Assembly (NCBI GenBank): GCA_964583165.1
Contig: CAZOVK010000001.1
Span: 60,025 to 124,024, forward strand
DNA from: an uncultured Defluviitaleaceae bacterium
GTDB lineage: Bacteria > Bacillota > Clostridia > Lachnospirales > WRAX01
Length of the DNA stretch: 64,000 nt
Direction: 5' to 3'
This document shows positions 19,804 through 29,632 of the stretch, one piece after another; the first letter of the stretch is position 1, and each line of letters begins with the position of its first letter. The notes beneath the pieces were generated by a model. That model had not been told where the DNA came from. It was given only the letters and a program-made list of their open reading frames with translations, and ran no database searches. A program made the translations under genes and the position numbers.

Positions 19804-20573
19804 AGCCCAATTCTTTCCTTTATGAGAGCGGCGGCGGCTTCGTCGAGAATGACGGTTACATCGCGGTGAAGTTGGATAGCGCTGGCGGGGACTTGTGGCA
19901 CTATGTCGCCGAAGAGCGCGTCAGCTATGATTTGGGCCTTTTTCGCGCCGTTAGCGAGGAGTACCAGCTTCTTCGCTTGGAGGACAGAGCCGATACCCAT
20001 TGTGAGGGCGTGTTTGGGCACGTCATCGGGTGTTGCGAAATAACGCGCGTTGGCTTCGATTGTGCTTTCGGTAAGGGAAACACGGTGAGCAAAGCGCGGG
20101 AATGAATCGGCGGGCTCGTTGAAGGCCAGATGACCGTTTAGCCCGATACCCAAAAGTTGAATATCGATACCACCCGCGTCTGCTATGCGTTGTTCATATG
20201 TCGCGCATTCGCTCTCGTAGTCTGATACTTCGCCGTTTAAGACGTTCACCTTCGCTTCGTCAACATTAACGTGGTTGAACAACTGAACGTGCATGAAATA
20301 GTAGTAACTCTGGTCATTCTCACGCTTAATCGGGTAGTATTCGTCAAGGTTGAATGTCGTGACCTTTGAGAAATCTACCTTGCCCGCCTTGTAGAGCTCA
20401 ACTAACGCGGCATATGTGCCCTCGGGCGTGCCGCCTGTCGCGAAACCCACGACAGAATCGGGCTTCATAGCGATTTGGTCGGCGAACAGTTGAGCCGCCG
20501 CTTTGCTCATTGCTTCATAATCCTTTGTGATGATAAACCTAACCCCATGTTTCACTAAATCCACAAAAAACAC
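19800..20573 (-). CDS. nagB: Glucosamine-6-phosphate deaminase
   Basis: ITKDYEAMSKAAA.., GFATGGTPEG and LLGIGLNGHLAFNEP motifs. The start is uncertain: GTG 20573, or GTG 20564 with better spacing to AGAGGG. Confidence 0.85.
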   Translation of the reverse strand: MFFVDLVKHGVRFIITKDYEAMSKAAAQLFADQIAMKPDSVVGFATGGTPEGTYAALVELYKAGKVDFSKVTTFNLDEYYPIKRENDQSYYYFMHVQLFNHVNVDEAKVNVLNGEVSDYESECATYEQRIADAGGIDIQLLGIGLNGHLAFNEPADSFPRFAHRVSLTESTIEANARYFATPDDVPKHALTMGIGSVLQAKKLVLLANGAKKAQIIADALFGDIVPQVPASAIQLHRDVTVILDEAAAALIKERIGL

Positions 20574-20592
20574 CCTCTCTAAACTGTATCGA

Positions 20593-21270
20593 CTATTTAT
20601 AGTATTCGGAAAGTTCCATCGGCTGAACCCAAACGCCGTTTTTATCGAACACGCGCATGTTGCCGCCGGAGATTTCGTCTATAAGTATGCACTTGCCGTT
20701 GTGTATACCGAATTCAAATTTGATGTCAAAGAGTGTAAGACCTTTAGCCGCGAAGTCTTCTTCAATGATTTTGGCTATCGCCTGTGTTTGGGCTTTGATG
20801 TCTTCATACATATCCGGCGTCATAAGACCGAGAACGGCGAGCGCGTCCTTTGTTATCGGCGGGTCAAGAAGCGCGTCATTTTTTAGAGTCATTTCAACAA
20901 AGTAGTTTAAGTCTGTGCCCGCTTCAACATATTGACCGTAACGCTTAACAAAACTGCCGGTGGCTTTTAGGCGGCAAACGACCTCAAGCCCCTTGCCAAA
21001 GACAGTCGCGGGTAGAACCTCCATAGTCACGGCTTCCAAATCGGAGCCTACATAGTGCGTGGGAATGCCCCGGCTGTTCAACATTTCAAAATAATACTTG
21101 CTCATTACGAGTGACGCGCGCCCAAGACCCAAAATGGTCAGCCCCACGCTGTTTTCGCCCGGGTCAAACACGCCGTCTTTGCCTGTCGCGTCGTCCTTCA
21201 ATTTTAATAGGTAGTTGCCCGAGTCGAGCCGGTAAACATTCTTGGTCTTGCCTGTGTAGATTAGTTGCAT
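20593..21270 (-). CDS. purC: Phosphoribosylaminoimidazole-succinocarboxamide (SAICAR) synthase
   Basis: [11 protein letters not shown].., [15 protein letters not shown] and [11 protein letters not shown] patterns. AAAGGAG RBS is present. Confidence 0.88.
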   Translation of the reverse strand: MQLIYTGKTKNVYRLDSGNYLLKLKDDATGKDGVFDPGENSVGLTILGLGRASLVMSKYYFEMLNSRGIPTHYVGSDLEAVTMEVLPATVFGKGLEVVCRLKATGSFVKRYGQYVEAGTDLNYFVEMTLKNDALLDPPITKDALAVLGLMTPDMYEDIKAQTQAIAKIIEEDFAAKGLTLFDIKFEFGIHNGKCILIDEISGGNMRVFDKNGVWVQPMELSEYYK

Positions 21271-21429
21271 GTTTCGCTCCTTTTGCCGCTAGATTTGGTA
21301 ATATTGGCTTCTTTACATCCTTTTTCAAATGTATTATAATCCTAAAGGTGTCAAAAATCAAGGTAAACACTGAATAAAAAGAAGTGGCAAAAAAGGTGTT
21401 TATGTAGTTTAGAATGCTAGGAGGCACAC

Positions 21430-22572
21430 ATGCGGCTTTTAGGAGCACAGGCATTTGGCGTAAGATTACCTATAGTTAAACCGGGCGATGACTTGGCGGC
21501 TATGGTAGCGGAGTATGTGACGGCGGCAAAGCCGGAACTGAAAAATGACGATGTAGTGGGCGTGACTGAGGCGGTTGTCGCTAAGGCACAAGGCAATTAT
21601 GCCGAGCTTCAAGACATTGCGACTGACGTTAAGGCGAAATTCGGTGACGCTACGGTTGGTGTAGTTTTCCCGATTTTGAGCAGAAACAGATTCTTAAATA
21701 TCCTAAAGGGGATTGCGGCAGGGGCGAAAGAGGTTGTTGTACTCGTTTCTGCACCGTCGGATGAAGTGGGCAATCCCGTTATGGAACCTGACGATATAGA
21801 TAAACTGGATGATATGACATTCCCGATGACGGCGGCTGATTTCCGTAAGGCGACAGGTGGGTATGTTCACCCGTTTACGGGCGTTGACTATCTTGAACTG
21901 TATGAAAATGCTTCAAATAACATCAAGGTGTTCGTATCACCTGACCCACGTGATATTTTGAAACTCACAGATAACATTATCGCGGCGGATATTCATAACC
22001 GTATGAGGACGAAGAAGCGCTTAGAGAGAGCGGGCGCGAAACTTGTCTATACATTGTCGGATATTTTGAGCACACCGCAGAATAACTCGGGCTTTAACCC
22101 CGATTATGGCGTGTTGGGTTCGAATATGAGCACGCAAAGCAGGTTGAAGTTGTTCCCGCGCGATACAGAGCAGTTTATAGCCGCTTTGGAGCAGGCGTTT
22201 ATGAAACGTCTGGGCTTTAGCCCCTTGCTTCTTGTTTATGGTGACGGCGCGTTCAAAGACCCTGCTTGTTCTATATGGGAACTCGCCGACCCGGTAGTTT
22301 CCCCCGCGCATTCGGCGCGTTTGGGCGGTCAGCCTAACGAGATTAAGTTGAAGTATGTGGCTGATATGGCGCAGGGTGATGCGAAAGAGGCTGTTGAGTC
22401 AGCCATTAAGACGAAGCACGAGAACACTGACGCTATGATTAGCGAAGGCACAACTCCACGTAAGTATGCGGACTTAATCGGTAGCCTTTGTGACCTGATG
22501 AGCGGCAGTGGCGACAAGGGTACGCCCGTTATTGTTATCAGCGGGTATTTCGACGACTATACGGTACAGTAA
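21430..22572 (+). CDS. F420-0:gamma-glutamyl ligase (CofE)-like family protein, function uncertain
   Basis: The N-terminal GVRLPIVKPGDDLAAMV resembles the CofE-like fold start. AGGAGG RBS is present. Assignment is from memory only. Confidence 0.5.
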   Translation: MRLLGAQAFGVRLPIVKPGDDLAAMVAEYVTAAKPELKNDDVVGVTEAVVAKAQGNYAELQDIATDVKAKFGDATVGVVFPILSRNRFLNILKGIAAGAKEVVVLVSAPSDEVGNPVMEPDDIDKLDDMTFPMTAADFRKATGGYVHPFTGVDYLELYENASNNIKVFVSPDPRDILKLTDNIIAADIHNRMRTKKRLERAGAKLVYTLSDILSTPQNNSGFNPDYGVLGSNMSTQSRLKLFPRDTEQFIAALEQAFMKRLGFSPLLLVYGDGAFKDPACSIWELADPVVSPAHSARLGGQPNEIKLKYVADMAQGDAKEAVESAIKTKHENTDAMISEGTTPRKYADLIGSLCDLMSGSGDKGTPVIVISGYFDDYTVQ

Positions 22573-22609
22573 AACGGGTAAGGGCGGCGTCGGGCTTTGC
22601 CCGCCGCCA

Positions 22610-22626
22610 CCCCCACCCGCCCACCC
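22610..22626 (-). other. Canonical G-quadruplex motif on the minus strand (C-rich on plus)
   Basis: The minus strand reads GGGTGGGCGGGTGGGGG: four G runs of 3 or more separated by 1-nt loops. It partly overlaps the 3' arm of a GC-rich hairpin (about 22583-22613). Confidence 0.6.
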
Positions 22627-22721
22627 TAAGTTACTCGCGCCGCGGCGCTCATGGCGATTCAAGGTTACGTCCGCGGAACGGAAATCGGAGGAGTGGCATA
22701 CCTTCAATTGGGTATGGTTTT

Positions 22722-22814
22722 ACCGCCTTTAGGCGGTGTATTCTTTAAGCAAGACCGCCTTTAGGCGGACGCATTTTACGATAAACACACAAACCGCCTT
22801 ATATGGGCGGTTTT
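22722..22814 (+). repeat. Three tandem CCGCC-loop-GGCGG hairpins (terminator/REP-like family)
   Basis: ACCGCCtttaGGCGGT (22722-22737), CCGCCtttaGGCGG (22755-22768) and AAACCGCCttatatgGGCGGTTTT (22791-22814, with a T tail). The same core recurs at 27200-27243. Confidence 0.7.
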
Positions 22815-22839
22815 ACTTCTTTATTCACAAAACTATCTG

Positions 22840-22869
22840 TTGACAAAGCCAATTAAGAAATACTATAAT
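22840..22869 (+). promoter_or_regulatory. Sigma-A-type promoter of tig
   Basis: TTGACA (22840-22845), 18-nt spacer, TATAAT (22864-22869), about 28 nt upstream of the tig ATG. Confidence 0.7.
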
Positions 22870-22897
22870 TATACGATACCAAATCTAGGAGGACATT

Positions 22898-24214
22898 ATG
22901 GCAAATTTTGAGATACTAGAGGGCAACAAGGCGCAGTTGACGCTGTTTGTTGACGCCGCGCGCTTTGAAGAAGGCATACAGCAAGCTTATTTGAAAAATC
23001 GCGCGAAGATTACTATGCAGGGTTTCCGCCCGGGCAAGGTTCCGCGCAAGATGATAGAGATGCGTTACGGCAAAGAGTTTTTCTATGACGAAGCGATTGA
23101 TTTTGTATTCTCGCCCGTTTATGCGGCGGCAGTTTTAGAGCATAATCTTAAAGTGGTTTCTACGCCAGAACTCACGAACATGAACGTGGACGATAACGGC
23201 GCTCTCACGCTTGTTGTGAACGTAATTCTACGACCTACGCCCGTTGTTAATAACTACAAGGGGCTTACCTATAAACCGTATTCAGTGGAAGTGACAGAAG
23301 AAGAGATTTTGGCGGAGATTAACAAGGCGCGAGATAAGAATGCGCGTATCACAACTGTTGAAGGCAGAGCTATTGAGAACGGTGACACGGCTGTTATTGA
23401 TTTCGCGGGCTTCATTGACGAAGAGGCGTTTGACGGTGGCGCGGGTGTTGATTTCGAGCTTACTATCGGTTCACATACGTTTATTGACACGTTTGAAGAC
23501 CAGTTAATCGGTAAGAACGTCGGCGAATCTACGGACGTTTTCGTGCGCTTCCCGGACGATTATCGCGCTGAACACCTCGCGGGCAAGGAAGCGCGTTTTG
23601 CCGTTTCGATTAAGGAAATTAAGTGTAAGGAACTGCCGGAACTGAACGACGACTTTGCCGCCGATGTGTCGGAGTTTGACACACTAGACGCATACAAGGC
23701 CGATGTAGCCAAGAAGATTTCTGAACAGAAACAGAAGGAAAAGGAAAACAACGAAGAGAACCAAATCATGATTAAGCTGTTGGGCGAGCTTGTTTGTGAC
23801 GTGCCGGCGGTTATGATTGAGAACCAAATCGACGCAATGATTAACGACATGAAGAGCCGTATCGAGCGTCAGGGTATCGATTTCGAGATGTTCATGCAAT
23901 ACACGGGCCGTGACATGCAGAGTCTGCGTGAGCAGTATCGCTCAGAAGCGACAACAAATGTCAACCTTCGCCTTGCGCTTGAAGAAGTGGCGCGTATGGA
24001 AGGCATTGAGATTTCAGACGATGAGTTCGACGCTGAAATCGAACGCGCAGTTGTTATGTACGGCATGGACAAGGAAACGCTTCTTGCAAACCTTGGCAAC
24101 ACAGAAAAAGAAAACATCAAGACGGACTTAAAGGTTCAAAAAGCGGTAAAGATAGTTATTGACAATGCCGTAGCCGTAGAAGGCGAAGAAGCCGCTACAG
24201 CTTCAGAGGAGTAA
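22898..24214 (+). CDS. tig: Trigger factor
   Basis: N-terminal ribosome-binding signature [13 protein letters not shown], a central FKBP-like domain, and tig-clpP-clpX synteny. Confidence 0.93.
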   Translation: MANFEILEGNKAQLTLFVDAARFEEGIQQAYLKNRAKITMQGFRPGKVPRKMIEMRYGKEFFYDEAIDFVFSPVYAAAVLEHNLKVVSTPELTNMNVDDNGALTLVVNVILRPTPVVNNYKGLTYKPYSVEVTEEEILAEINKARDKNARITTVEGRAIENGDTAVIDFAGFIDEEAFDGGAGVDFELTIGSHTFIDTFEDQLIGKNVGESTDVFVRFPDDYRAEHLAGKEARFAVSIKEIKCKELPELNDDFAADVSEFDTLDAYKADVAKKISEQKQKEKENNEENQIMIKLLGELVCDVPAVMIENQIDAMINDMKSRIERQGIDFEMFMQYTGRDMQSLREQYRSEATTNVNLRLALEEVARMEGIEISDDEFDAEIERAVVMYGMDKETLLANLGNTEKENIKTDLKVQKAVKIVIDNAVAVEGEEAATASEE

Positions 24215-24231
24215 GCTTTTTGGAGGTAAAC

Positions 24232-24825
24232 ATGAGTTTAGTACCCTATGTAATCGAACAGACCAGCCGCGGCGAGCGCTCATATGATATTTTCTCGCGG
24301 CTTCTCAAGGACCGCATCATATTTTTGGGCGAAGAAGTAACAGACACCAGCGCGTCATTGGTTATAGCCCAGCTTTTGTTCCTTGCGGCAGAATCACCCG
24401 ACAAGGACATTAGCCTCTACATCAACAGCCCCGGGGGTTCGGTAACGGCGGGTCTGGCCATCTATGACACAATGAAGTTTATCGCGCCTGATGTATCCAC
24501 TATTTGTGTGGGCTTGGCGGCCAGTATGGGTAGTTTCTTACTTGCCGGTGGCACAAAGGGCAAGCGTTTCGCGCTCCCGAACTCTGAAATACTGATTCAC
24601 CAGCCGTCAGGCGGCGCGCGCGGTCAGGCTTCTGACGTGCATATCCATGCCGAACACCTGCTTTATACTAAGCAGAAGCTGAACAAGATGTTGTCGGAGA
24701 TGACGGGTCAGCCCGTTGAACGCATAGAGCGTGACGCTGACCGCGACCGTTATATGACAGCCGAACAGGCCATGGAATACGGCTTAATTGATTCAGTTAT
24801 TACGAAGGCGCAAAAAGCCAAGTAA
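24232..24825 (+). CDS. clpP: ATP-dependent Clp protease proteolytic subunit
   Basis: [19 protein letters not shown] and the catalytic region [18 protein letters not shown] 24232 lies 6 nt after GGAGG. Confidence 0.96.
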   Translation: MSLVPYVIEQTSRGERSYDIFSRLLKDRIIFLGEEVTDTSASLVIAQLLFLAAESPDKDISLYINSPGGSVTAGLAIYDTMKFIAPDVSTICVGLAASMGSFLLAGGTKGKRFALPNSEILIHQPSGGARGQASDVHIHAEHLLYTKQKLNKMLSEMTGQPVERIERDADRDRYMTAEQAMEYGLIDSVITKAQKAK

Positions 24826-24832
24826 GATAGAG

Positions 24833-24850
24833 TTGGGGCACAGGCCCCAA
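24833..24850 (+). terminator. Hairpin between clpP and clpX (weak terminator or attenuator)
   Basis: TTGGGGC-acag-GCCCCAA 7-bp stem, followed by ttctaatttcc (a modest T tail). Confidence 0.45.
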
Positions 24851-24900
24851 TTCTAATTTCCGATATTTAGTCTTTTTTTCTTAATATACGAGGTGAAAGA

Positions 24901-26217
24901 ATGCCATCAAAGAAAGACGGCGGCAGAACCATACACTGTTCATTTTGCGGTAAATCACAGGATATGGTGAAGCGCTTTATCGCGGGTGTGAACGCATACA
25001 TCTGTAATGAATGTGTTGACCTATGCTCCGAGATTCTGTATGAAGACTTGCACGACGACAGGCTCGAGGACTTCTATGAGCGCGAGATAAGCGTCAAAGA
25101 GGGCGGTGTGAAAATACTAAAACCCGCCGAGATAACGAAATACTTAGACGAATATGTCATCGGTCAACAAAGCGCGAAACGTGCCTTGGCTGTTGCCGTA
25201 TACAATCACTATAAGCGCATCACTATGAGCAAGAATGACGGCGTTGAGCTGGCGAAGAGCAATATTTTGCTTCTGGGGCCGACAGGTGTGGGTAAGACCT
25301 TCTTAGCCCAGACACTAGCGCGTATGCTCGAAGTACCGTTCGCGATAGCTGACGCGACGAGTTTGACAGAGGCCGGTTATGTAGGCGAAGATGTGGAAAA
25401 TATTCTGCTTCGCTTGATTCAAGCCGCCGATTTTGACATAAAGCGCGCTGAAACGGGCATTATCTACATCGATGAAATCGACAAGATTTCACGCCGTTCA
25501 GACAACCCGTCTATAACGCGCGACGTTAGCGGCGAGGGTGTTCAGCAGGCGCTTTTGAAGATTTTAGAGGGTACGGTTGCGAACGTACCGCCGCAAGGTG
25601 GGCGCAAACACCCACACCAAGACTTCATACAGATTGACACGTCTAATATTCTGTTCATCTGTGGTGGGGCGTTCGGCGGGCTTGAAAAGATAATCGAACA
25701 GCGCATGAACAAGCGCACAATCGGTTTTGGCGCGTCCGTTCACTCAAAATCAGACAAACTGGGCATTGACATGCTTCAAGAAGTCCAGTCACAGGATTTG
25801 GTGAAGTACGGGCTTATCCCTGAGCTTATCGGGCGTTTGCCTGTTGTTGTAACACTGGCGAGCCTTGACGAAAAAGCACTCATGAAGATTCTCGTAGAGC
25901 CTAAGAATGCGCTCACGAAACAATATCGTTACCTGTTTGAACTCGATGACGTTCAGTTAGAGTTTGAAGACGACGCGTTGCGTGAAGTCGCGAAGCTTGC
26001 GATTGAGCGCGAAACGGGCGCGCGTGGTTTGCGCTCTATAATTGAAGCGTTCATGCTCGATATAATGTATGAGATACCCGAAGACAGCACGATTGAAAAG
26101 TGCATCATAACTAAAGAAGCTGTCAAAGGTTCGGGTAAGCCCATCTACATTTTCAATGAGAATAAAGAAGCCCAAAGTTTAGCCGGAAAGCGTGCCAAAA
26201 AGAACAACGCTTCTTAG
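24901..26217 (+). CDS. clpX: ATP-dependent Clp protease ATP-binding subunit ClpX
   Basis: N-terminal zinc ribbon CSFCGK..CNECV, Walker [17 protein letters not shown] and a GARGLR sensor. Confidence 0.96.
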   Translation: MPSKKDGGRTIHCSFCGKSQDMVKRFIAGVNAYICNECVDLCSEILYEDLHDDRLEDFYEREISVKEGGVKILKPAEITKYLDEYVIGQQSAKRALAVAVYNHYKRITMSKNDGVELAKSNILLLGPTGVGKTFLAQTLARMLEVPFAIADATSLTEAGYVGEDVENILLRLIQAADFDIKRAETGIIYIDEIDKISRRSDNPSITRDVSGEGVQQALLKILEGTVANVPPQGGRKHPHQDFIQIDTSNILFICGGAFGGLEKIIEQRMNKRTIGFGASVHSKSDKLGIDMLQEVQSQDLVKYGLIPELIGRLPVVVTLASLDEKALMKILVEPKNALTKQYRYLFELDDVQLEFEDDALREVAKLAIERETGARGLRSIIEAFMLDIMYEIPEDSTIEKCIITKEAVKGSGKPIYIFNENKEAQSLAGKRAKKNNAS

Positions 26218-26252
26218 CAGGCGAATCAAAGTTTGCATAGGGGGCGGGATTT

Positions 26253-27170
26253 ATGCAAAACTTACTGGATAGAGCAATAGATTTCGCAAAACCACTCATC
26301 GCGCGGGGCGTAGTCGCGGATTATATCCCCGAACTAGCCCACGCGGATGGGCGGTTGTTAGGCATTGCGGCGGCGTGTGATAACGGCGCGATTTTTGAAG
26401 CGGGGGATTCACGCGCAAAATTCACCATGCAGAGTGTGTCGAAGGTACTTATCTTGACAGCGGCGCTTTTAGAGTGTGGAGAGGCAAGCGTTTTCACGCA
26501 TGTGAGCCTTGAACCCACGGCTGATGCGTTTAACTCGATTGTGAATCTTGAAATGAAGAACCAACACAGACCGCTGAACCCGTTCATTAACTCGGGCGCG
26601 ATTCTGTTGACCACACTACTTAAAGGCGATACGTCCGTTAAGCGGTTTTCGCGCGTATTGGATTTGGCGCGTGCCATGTCCAATGATGCTGATTTGACCA
26701 TAAACGAGAGCGTCTATCTGTCTGAAAAGGCGACAGGCGCACGCAATCGCGCGCTTGCTTATTATATGGCAAGCACGGGCGTTATTGAGGGCGACGTTGA
26801 GGACATTCTTGATTGCTATTTTCGTATTTGCTCAATAGAGGTTGACTGTGTGATTCTCGCGAAAATGGCGTATGCCATAGCTCAGAACGGGATAGTGCAT
26901 GAAACCGGCGAACGGTTGTTTGACGAACGCACGGGAAAAATCGTGAAAACCATCATGTCGCTTTGCGGCATGTATGACGAGAGCGGGGAGTTTGCGTTAC
27001 GCGCGGGCATACCTTCTAAAAGCGGTGTTGGCGGTGGCATCATGAGCGCCGTTCCGGGGCGTTTCGGGCTGGCAACATTCGGCCCCGCGCTTAACGAGAA
27101 GGGCTCGTCTATAGGTGGGCTTGAAGCGCTGTCGTTTGTGAGCCGCGAAATGGATTTGGGGATATATTAG
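26253..27170 (+). CDS. glsA: Glutaminase A
   Basis: YIPELA.., FTMQSVSKV (serine-lysine catalytic motif) and PSKSGVGGGI patterns. Confidence 0.88.
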   Translation: MQNLLDRAIDFAKPLIARGVVADYIPELAHADGRLLGIAAACDNGAIFEAGDSRAKFTMQSVSKVLILTAALLECGEASVFTHVSLEPTADAFNSIVNLEMKNQHRPLNPFINSGAILLTTLLKGDTSVKRFSRVLDLARAMSNDADLTINESVYLSEKATGARNRALAYYMASTGVIEGDVEDILDCYFRICSIEVDCVILAKMAYAIAQNGIVHETGERLFDERTGKIVKTIMSLCGMYDESGEFALRAGIPSKSGVGGGIMSAVPGRFGLATFGPALNEKGSSIGGLEALSFVSREMDLGIY

Positions 27171-27199
27171 AATTTCCCTTCAATCACGCATATTGACAC

Positions 27200-27243
27200 T
27201 GCCGCCTTTAGGCGGCATTTAGCCAGACCGCCTTCAGGCGGTC
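27200..27243 (+). repeat. Two tandem CCGCC-loop-GGCGG hairpins after glsA
   Basis: TGCCGCCtttaGGCGGCA (27200-27217) and GACCGCCttcaGGCGGTC (27226-27243), with the same core as 22722-22814. Confidence 0.7.
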
Positions 27244-27274
27244 ACATTTCGGAGAAAACTTAGGGGTTGGACGC

Positions 27275-27823
27275 ATGAAGAGTGCCACATCAACGGCGGC
27301 GTTTGCGCTGTTTTTGGTTGTATTCGCCTTATATATCATTATTTTAGACAAGCTTGTTTATATGCTGAGCGTCATGTTATTACTTATTGCCTTGGCGCTT
27401 TTTTGTGAAGTCATTTGGCAAAATGAAAATAAGAAATTCATAAGGCGCATTGTCCAGACGGGGTTTGTCGGGCTTTTGATTGGCATAATTATAACGGCGA
27501 ATACATACGGTATCAATAACTACGGCTCAATGGAGTTGGTGTCGTCGGTTATAGGCAAACTGCGTGTTTTGAACGGCAACTCTGATATTGCTCTGATTTC
27601 TGATGGTAAGTATGTGACAATGAACAACACGAACACAGATTCAGACATCTATATAACAGCCCCCGGTAACGGCGAATCGGCAACGATAGCCCTTCTACAG
27701 CAGAACTACGCCGAAACCGTCATGATTGACGAATCTGGCGAGGTTACATCGGGTGGCGAGCGCATTACGACAGTCAAGATTATGCAATACACAGACTATG
27801 ACCTCGTTTTTATAAAACACTAA
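27275..27823 (+). CDS. Hypothetical membrane-anchored protein
   Basis: 182-aa ORF with 3 N-terminal hydrophobic segments and a polar C-terminal domain. No family recognised. Confidence 0.4.
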   Translation: MKSATSTAAFALFLVVFALYIIILDKLVYMLSVMLLLIALALFCEVIWQNENKKFIRRIVQTGFVGLLIGIIITANTYGINNYGSMELVSSVIGKLRVLNGNSDIALISDGKYVTMNNTNTDSDIYITAPGNGESATIALLQQNYAETVMIDESGEVTSGGERITTVKIMQYTDYDLVFIKH

Positions 27824-27918
27824 AAAATCATCAGACTTTATCCGCGCTGTGCCGTTTATCATTACAAGAAACAACAAGTGAGCGGCAGAACCGCTTACAA
27901 CAATAGGAGGGGCTTTAT

Positions 27919-28260
27919 ATGAATAAGTCTTCAACAGGTTTAAGCGAAAATATCGCGAGTTTCATCGCCTATCTCGGCGCGTTTGTCACAGGGATAATCT
28001 TTCTTATAGTTGAGAAAGAAAACAAAGTTGTGCGCTTCCACGCTCTGCAGTCTACGGTTTTGTTTGGTGCATTAGGAATCATCACATGGCTTACCGGCGG
28101 CGTTTTCGGCTGGATTCCGCTTATAGGCGGCATGGCTGATTGGATTTTAAGAACCATTTCCTTCATCGCTTGGGTATACCTTTGCTACACAGCGTTCGCA
28201 GGCAAGCTCATTAAAGTGCCGTTCATCGGCGAAGCTGCTTGGAATTATGTAAACAAATAA
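27919..28260 (+). CDS. DUF4870-like small membrane protein
   Basis: IAYLGAFVTGIIFLIVEKENKVVRFHALQS matches the DUF4870 signature as I recall it. GGAGG RBS is present. Confidence 0.55.
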   Translation: MNKSSTGLSENIASFIAYLGAFVTGIIFLIVEKENKVVRFHALQSTVLFGALGIITWLTGGVFGWIPLIGGMADWILRTISFIAWVYLCYTAFAGKLIKVPFIGEAAWNYVNK

Positions 28261-28277
28261 TTAACTTTTTCTCCTTT

Positions 28278-28299
28278 ACCCCGCTTGCGGGGTTTTTTT
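28278..28299 (+). terminator. Intrinsic terminator
   Basis: ACCCCG-cttg-CGGGGT hairpin followed by T7. Confidence 0.75.
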
Positions 28300-28351
28300 G
28301 TTGACATTTCGGGTTTATAATGGTAACTTATAGAAAAAGACGGAGAATACT

Positions 28352-29632
28352 ATGCCTACAACTGAACGCAACACCGCCGCCACCGCTTTGAGAGCGGTTG
28401 AGGATGGCGGTTATAATAATCTGGTTTTGAAGAATTTGCTTGCGGACACAACACTTTCGCGCGAACAGCGCGGCTTTGTCACGGAGGCCGTCAACGGCGC
28501 GTTGCGCTGGATGATTTATCTTGACTATTGCATTGACCGTTTCGCGTCGCGAAAGACAGAGGAAATGGACGCGGAAGTCCGCTCGGTACTGCGTGTCGGC
28601 GCGTATGAACTTTTATTTATGAACAGCCCGGCGTATGCCGTGATAAACGAGTACGTAGAATGTATTAAAGCGGGTAAGGTCGCGTATCTCGCGGGTTTCG
28701 CGAACGCAATCTTGCGAAACATCGAGCGCAACAAGGGGAAAATCGCACTGCCGAACCCCGAAACCGAACCGACGCGTTATCTGTCGGTGAAATACGCCCA
28801 TCCCGTTTGGCTCGTGGAATTATGGTTCAAACATTATGGCGCGGATATTACGGAACAGATTCTTAAAGCAGACCAAGAAACGCCACGTGGCGTTAATATT
28901 TGTATAAACACCCTGAAAACAGACGCAGTCGCACTCACGCAAGAGCTTCAAGCGGCGGGTGTCCGCGTTGAGGCGACCGAAAACGCGCTGACACTCTCCC
29001 GCGCTTCTGATATAGCGGGTATTTCGGCGTTTAGGGCGGGAATGTTTCACGTTATGGATAATTCGGCTATGGAAGCGGTTAGGCTCGCGAATCCACAACC
29101 GGGCGAAACCGTTCTCGATATGTGCGCCGCCCCCGGCGGGAAGGCGTTTATGAGCGCCATTATGATGAACAATACAGGCTTAATCATCGCGCGTGACATT
29201 CACCCACATAAGATTAGGCTTATTGAACAAGGCGCGGCGCGGCTCGGCCTCAAAAACATCAAAGCCGCCGTCCACGACGGTACAATCCCTGACAGAGAAC
29301 TCTTTGGCTCAATGGATTTGGTGATTCTCGACGCGCCATGCTCGGGGTTAGGGCTTTGCCGCAAGAAGCCCGACATCAAGTTAAAAAAACAGCCTGACAA
29401 CCTAAAGCAACTCGTCACGCTCCAGCGTCAATTGCTCATGCAAGCCGCCATGTACCCCAACCACAACGGGCGCATACTCTACGCGACTTGCACGCTGAAT
29501 AAAGAAGAAAACGAACAAAACATAGAATGGTTCACAGCAACGAACCCGTTCACAAAAACCGCCGAACGCACGATTTTACCCACAGGCGGAGCGGACGGTT
29601 TCTATATGGCTCTGTTGGAGAAAAGGAACTGA
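28352..29632 (+). CDS. rsmB: 16S rRNA (cytosine967-C5)-methyltransferase RsmB
   Basis: NusB-like N-domain plus the Nol1/Nop2/Sun catalytic domain (LDMCAAPGGK, ILDAPCSGLG, YATCTL). Confidence 0.88.
   Translation: MPTTERNTAATALRAVEDGGYNNLVLKNLLADTTLSREQRGFVTEAVNGALRWMIYLDYCIDRFASRKTEEMDAEVRSVLRVGAYELLFMNSPAYAVINEYVECIKAGKVAYLAGFANAILRNIERNKGKIALPNPETEPTRYLSVKYAHPVWLVELWFKHYGADITEQILKADQETPRGVNICINTLKTDAVALTQELQAAGVRVEATENALTLSRASDIAGISAFRAGMFHVMDNSAMEAVRLANPQPGETVLDMCAAPGGKAFMSAIMMNNTGLIIARDIHPHKIRLIEQGAARLGLKNIKAAVHDGTIPDRELFGSMDLVILDAPCSGLGLCRKKPDIKLKKQPDNLKQLVTLQRQLLMQAAMYPNHNGRILYATCTLNKEENEQNIEWFTATNPFTKTAERTILPTGGADGFYMALLEKRN

Noticed and set aside
21271-21429. Looked for a purine riboswitch or T-box-type leader upstream of purC.
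   Set aside because: No match to the conserved purine-riboswitch core could be found on the minus strand. The spacer looks like plain divergent promoter DNA.
22651-22764. 37-codon ORF (MAIQGYVRGTEIGGVAYLQLGMVLPPLGGVFFKQDRL) in the hairpin-rich spacer.
   Set aside because: There is no RBS, and its sequence is dictated by the hairpin repeats it crosses.
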